Positions 59,065-64,000 of a stretch of 64,000 nucleotides of DNA are shown piece after piece. A program made the position numbers and the translations under genes. The stretch comes from Lama guanicoe. Taxonomy: Eukaryota. The notes below the pieces were generated by a model. That model saw only the letters and a list, made by a program, of their open reading frames with translations. It ran no database searches and was not told the DNA's origin. The first letter of the stretch is position 1. Each line of letters starts with the position of its first letter. Where the stretch lies: the NCBI GenBank assembly GCA_013239625.1, contig MU053559.1, forward strand, positions 2,524,324 to 2,588,323, written 5' to 3'.

Positions 59065-59178
59065 TAAGATAATCAGTTCATCCCAGTTTGCCCCAGGACT
59101 TTCTAGGATTTAGCACTGCAAGTCCCGCATCTCAGAAAACTGCTCAAGCTCAGGCAACCATGACAGCTGGTCACCCTG
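59065..59178. mobile_element. MER81-like hAT-Blackjack MITE
   Basis: catcccagtttgccccaggactttctaggatttagcactgcaagtcccgc...gctggtcaccctg. Confidence 0.8.
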
Positions 59179-59249
59179 CTTGTAATGCTGCTTCTCTAGG
59201 CTAGATCTTGCCTTTTCTTCTGATTCTGAGGACCCCAGGAAAGAATCCC

Positions 59250-59785
59250 TGGTCCAACCACTATTTGTGCATAACAAACCTCCGCAAACATGGTGATGTA
59301 AACCAAGAAATATTTTGTTCTGCTCATGGAGTCTATGGGTCAGGAATTCGAACAGAAGACAGCAGAGACAGCTTGCCTCTACTCTCCAGTTTCTGAAGCC
59401 TCCACTGGGAAGATTCAAAGGCTGAGGGTTACTTGACTATTGGCTGGCACCTCAGCTGGGCTGTCATCCAGAACTCGTCTCCATGGCCCGCCATGTGACT
59501 TCTCTGTATGAGCTAGTTTGAGTTTACTAAGAGTATGTTTGGTTCCAAGAGTGAGCATGCCAGGAGACTGAGATGGTAGTGCAGTTTGATAATCACACCT
59601 CAGAAGTCACAGAGCATCACTTTCTTCACATTCTATTGGTTGAAGCCATCAAAAAATCCACCAGTTTCAAGGGGACAGGACAGAGATTCTACCTCTTCGT
59701 GTGGGAGTGGCATAGGTGTAGAAGAGCATATGGGATGGAAAGCGTGGCTCGAGCCATCTTTGGAAAATGCCATCTACCACTGTCA
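59250..59785 (-). mobile_element. MaLR LTR (MLT1G/H-like)
   Basis: gctcatggagtctatgggtcaggaattc...cctcagaagtcacagagcatcactt...gccatctttggaaaatgccatctaccac. Confidence 0.8.
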
Positions 59786-60084
59786 CATGGGTAATGGGGT
59801 GTCTCCAGAGGAAGTGAGAGAGAATGTGGAGGGTCTACTGTGCTCAGCATGGCTTCCAGCCTCCCCGAGGCTCCTGGGTAGCTGCCCTGGAGGTGCCATG
59901 GAGGGGCACAGGAATAGACGTCTGCACAGGAGGAGGGGCCAGCAGTCCTGAGGTCCCTTAGGCTGGTCCTGGGTACCTAAACTGGGAGGTGGGTACCAGG
60001 AGCCAATTATTGTTCTGTGCAGTGAGGATTTCTAGCCCCCAAGAGCTCTGATCCCTCCCTACTCCACCCCTAGATCGACACTTC

Positions 60085-60359
60085 TGTTACAGACTGGATT
60101 GTGTCCCTCCCCAGAATTCCTATGTTGAAGCCCTAACCTCCAATCTGACAGTATTTAGAGGTGGGGCCTTTGGGAGATAATTAGGTTTAGATGAAATCAT
60201 AAGGGTGGCACCCTCGTGAATAGAATTAGTGCCTTTATAAGAAGAGGCAGAGATATGAAAATGCTCTCTCTCCCCGTGCATGCACCAAGATGTCTAGCCT
60301 CCAGAACTGTAAGAAAAGTCCGCGGTATTTTATTACATCAGCCTGAGGAGACTAAAACA
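60085..60359 (+). mobile_element. MaLR LTR (MLT1A-like, internally deleted)
   Basis: tgttacagactggattgtgtccc...tatgttgaagccctaacc...gcctccagaactgtaaga...gactaaaaca. Confidence 0.88.
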
Positions 60360-60716
60360 ATTTCTTCCACAGGGCTCATGCTCAAGGGACTAAAGTAAAC
60401 GCATGTGTGAGTCCTCTCACAAAGGGCCTACGGCAGTGTCTGTACCAAAAGGTGGTGCCCTCCCTCTGACCTCCAATTCAATATGGCCGCCAACCCCTGG
60501 GAAGGACCCCAGAGCCACCAGCTACTGGTCACAGGAAATACAAGCCTGGTTGTCCAGGCCCTTGGGTGGAAACACCCTTCTAGGGTAGTTTCTGCCTTGG
60601 AGAGGGCAGAAGCTCAGGGTCTTCTGTCCCCTTAGTGTTCTCCCTAGCCTTCTGTGCCAAGGCCTGGGCTGCACCTGGCTGTTAAATGTTTATAAGAGCT
60701 AGATTGCATGCCTTTG

Positions 60717-60891
60717 TGGGGTTTTTTTTGTTTATTTGTTTTTATATTTTTTAATTTTTAAATTAATTTACTTATTTTTTTATCTTTTAAAATTTTTGTA
60801 GGGGGAGGTAATTAGGTTTATTTATTCATTTATTTTTAGAGGAGGTACTGGGGATTGAACCCAGGACCTTGCGAATGCTAAGCATAGACCT
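60717..60891 (-). mobile_element. 5'-truncated tRNA-derived SINE
   Basis: ggaggtaattaggttta...ggaggtactggggattgaacccaggacc; TSD catgcctttg 60707-60716 and 60892-60901. Confidence 0.9.
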
Positions 60892-61216
60892 CATGCCTTT
60901 GAATATACCTAATTTGTAGGAAGAAAGAAAAGCCTTACTTGAATTGGAAGACATATTTTTTAAAGTTTACTGACAGGAAAAGCATCAAAATCTCATTGTG
61001 TGAGTGTTTTCAAGGCCAAATTAAGATCCCTGAGGGCAATTTTAGAGACGTGAAGCTCTGCTTTTTTAAAAACAGGGACAGCACACATCCTGTGTGACTG
61101 TAATTCTTCTGTGAAAGCTGTAAAAAAAGACGAAGGAGCAGAACAAAGCTACTTTTTTGCTCAACATTTCAAGTCTGAGTAGTAAGGAGAGAGAACAACT
61201 CATAAGATGGTATATT

Positions 61217-61380
61217 GGGGGAAGGTATAGCTCAGTGGTAGAGCATGTGCTTAATATGCTCAAGGTCCTGGGTTCCATCCCTAGCGCCTCCATTAAAAAA
61301 TTTTTAAGAAAGAAAGAAATAAGTAAATAAACCTAATTACCTCCTCCTCCTGTCCCCCAAACCTCATAATATAATATAAT
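61217..61380 (+). mobile_element. tRNA-derived camelid SINE
   Basis: ggtatagctcagtggtagagcatgtgcttaatatgctcaaggtcctgggttccatccc...acctaattacctcc. Confidence 0.92.
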
Positions 61381-61787
61381 TATAGCCAACTAAAAGAAAA
61401 GAGTACAAAACAGATAAACAGGCTTTATGAATGGTTTCAGTCTGGGCAGAAAGAGTGGAAAGAGTTCCATTCCAGTGTGGTCTGCTGGTACATCTATCAA
61501 TTTTCAGACAGAATTTATATTTTTATGTGTTTTCCTATATTGAAAAGTAAAAAGAAAGTGGTTGTACCTGTGCATTTTGTTATTATGGTCTTTGTTGTCA
61601 GACTGTTTAGGCCCCTAAAAATGAGCTGTTTGCTCGCCTTTATATTTGATTCAGACTTTTATCAAAGAATAAATGAACACCCAATCCTAGAGTAAATTGG
61701 AATCCAATTTCAAGATTATACCAGTCTCTCTCTCTCTGCTGATTTCTTTGCTTCCTATCATGGGGCTCCAGTGAGTCAATGGCATGG

Positions 61788-62297
61788 TGTGTAGGTTAGA
61801 AAGAGGGCTGTGAATTTTTCTGCTCCCAGCATGCATGCCCCTGAAAGGGGCATTACAGATCCTTGCGATCAGCGATGGAGTCTGTTTTTCCACCTGTTGA
61901 ATCTGGGTCAGCCACCTGACTTGCTTTGACCAATGGGACATTAGCATATGTGACACAAGGGGCGACTTCAAAAGCATGTGTGTATTGGAACTTGCTATCT
62001 CCTGCTTCTCTTGAAAACCTACCCACCTCTATGTAAACATGCTCTGGCCTGAGAGACACATGACCCAGTCAGCCATGTTGCCACACCAATGCCATCCAAA
62101 CCCTAGAAGTAGAGCCACCAGCGGATGGAGTGCCAGTTGCAGGTGTATGAGGGAGCCCAGCTGAGACCAACAGAAGAATTTGCCCAACTGAACCCAGATC
62201 AAATTACCGGCTTGTGAGCTAAGTAGGTGGCTGGTGTGTTAAGCCACTCACTATGTTTTGGAGTGGTTTGTTACACAGCAGTGGTGAACTAACACAC
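61788..62297 (+). mobile_element. MaLR LTR (MLT1F-like)
   Basis: tgacttgctttgaccaatgggacattagca...tgaacccagatcaaatt...ttttggagtggtttgttacacagcagtggtgaactaacaca. Confidence 0.85.
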
Positions 62298-62455
62298 ATA
62301 GACTCTCAAGTTTTTGTTTCCTTTAAAATCTAGAAGGTGATCGTCTTAGTAAGAGAGGTAACAAAGGGCAAGTGTATCAAGAAATAATCATGTCCACTTA
62401 ATCTTATTATACAAGTAATTGCTATCACTTTTGATTTTTAAAACATTTTCCATTA

Positions 62456-62615
62456 GTGGAGGGTATAGCTCAAGTGGTAGAGCGCATGCCTAGAATGCAT
62501 GAGGTCCTGGGTTCAATCCCCAGTACTTCCTCTAAATAATAGTAGTAATAATAATAATAATATAATAAACCTAATTACCTCCCTGCCAGGAAAAAAAAGA
62601 AAAAAAATTTTTAAA
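62456..62615 (+). mobile_element. tRNA-derived camelid SINE
   Basis: gagggtatagctcaagtggtagagcgcatgcctagaatgcatgaggtcctgggttcaatcccc. Confidence 0.93.
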
Positions 62616-62670
62616 AATGTATTTTTCTCTTGTTGGTAGGGGTAGGCTAAGTGGAGGGTGTGACTGGCAG

Positions 62671-63141
62671 TGGCAAAGAAAAAATTATTCATGACACTTG
62701 TTAAGGAACGGTGAGGCAAATGTTATTCAGGGCCATTGCTAGAGGTGTAGGGCCCTGCAATGGGGATTTGCAGTAGGGGAGAGGAATTGGGCTCAACTCT
62801 AAATACAACAAAGAAAAGTTGGAATTTATAACCAAGGAGCAGAGGCAGGTTCAGAGAGGGTGGAGGCAGGGGGGAAGGGTCAGAGGATGGAAAATTACTA
62901 AGAATCCTCAGAGGCTTCTTGTTGAGGTCAGGCCAGAGGGATCAGACATCACCTGAGGGAAGCTGGGGTAGCAAGAACCCCATCAGGTATGAAGGATGGA
63001 GGATTCTGGCTTAGAGAGATTCTTGCCAAAATTAAACAATGCAGAGATGAACCCAGAAGCCCAAAAGTAAAGGTCTAGTTGGGGAGAGGATTCAGAAAAG
63101 CCTGCCTGACTTAAGTTTGGTCAAGGAGAGACTCTTTGTCA
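62671..63141 (-). mobile_element. ERV1 solo LTR (MER31-like)
   Basis: Ends aagtttggtcaaggagagactctttgtca, the reverse complement of the start of the 44650 LTR. Confidence 0.8.
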
Positions 63142-63427
63142 GTGGTTAAGGGACAGAATGTGAAAACAGGCATTCTTCAGCCTCTGTTTTCCACCCAGCA
63201 CTAAAGGGCACAGCAGCCAAGGGGCCAGAGCTCTCTGCCCTCACAGCCACTGGCCCTGAAGACTTCAAAGGCTCTTCTCTGTGTCCACCATCCTCAGAGA
63301 GAAGCCTGCCCTCCTCACTCTCCTGTGTCCTTTCCTGGAACAAGGCTCCATTCCTGCAGCAGAAGGACAGCATTCAGAAGCCAGCTTCTGTGAGGTTGCA
63401 CAGGGCCCACATTCAGAAGGGCCCCCA

Positions 63428-63890
63428 TGCTGAAAAGACTTAACACAGTAGGCTTATCCTTGGAGAGGCCTGTTTTCAAGGCTGACCCTTGGCTGGAGTC
63501 TGGCAACTTGGATGTTGGGGAGTTTCCCATCATTCCAGCTGATAAGGATGGTCGTGCTCATGCATGGTCGTGCCAAGCAAGGGATGCTCGTGTGGCCAGT
63601 GCCCAGTAGAAACACTGAGTGCTGAGTCTCTAATAAGCTCTCGTGGTTGGAAACATTTCACATGTGTTTTCATAACTCATTTATGACTACACCAGGAGAG
63701 GACTCTGGGAAAGTTGCTCCTGGTCTCCCCTGGACCTCTCCCTGTGTGCCTTCTCCCTATGCTGATTGTATTTGGTGCCCTTTAAACTGTAATAAGTCTG
63801 TCTTCACCCTAAGTACAACCATACGCCGAGTCCTGTAAGCCCTCCCATGCATCATCAAACCTGGGGGTGAGCTTGGGGACCCCCGATCCA
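63428..63890 (+). mobile_element. ERVL solo LTR (MER68/MER21 group)
   Basis: gaaaagacttaacacagtaggc...gacccttggctggagtctggcaacttggat...aacctgggggtgagcttggggaccccc. Confidence 0.75.
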
Positions 63891-64000
63891 GCCTCACACT
63901 TTGAGATTTAAAGCTCTGCGGTCACCAGCTTGACATTCTTAGTAATTTTACCTTTGCATTGGTGTTTCCTAAGTGAAATCAGACAGGACAACAGAGCATG

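Noticed and set aside
15273..62615. Thirteen tRNA-like sequences as tRNA genes
   Set aside because: They have A-rich tails, TSDs, a shared non-tRNA 3' body in most copies and diverged stems, so they are SINEs.

Overview
Mammalian, AT-rich, repeat-dominated non-coding DNA (intergenic or a large intron). The 13 tRNA-Ala-derived SINEs (Vic-1-like) and the distinctive young L1 3' ends point to a camelid genome (inference). I found no protein-coding exon, functional RNA gene, CpG island or CRISPR array that I can support. The recognisable ORFs in the track are L1 fragments; the rest look like chance frames. Repeat content spans several ages: young lineage-specific L1s and SINEs with clear target-site duplications (TSDs), older L1M/L2/MIR/CR1, MaLR/ERVL/ERV1 LTRs, an ERV1-type internal region and many hAT DNA-transposon fossils. 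The best leads are (1) a ~2 kb decayed but nearly complete hAT (BLACKJACK-like) transposase missed by the ORF track, (2) a dense cluster of RFX X-box motifs at ~56.0-56.9 kb, (3) an exactly duplicated heptamer/octamer (POU) element, (4) two MER41-like LTRs sharing a TTC-N4-GAA STAT site, and (5) a ~12.7 kb nested insertion stack inside two tandem MER115/Zaphod-like elements. I do not see evidence of a new biological system. Family names are from recalled consensus similarity, not a database search, and boundaries without a TSD are approximate.
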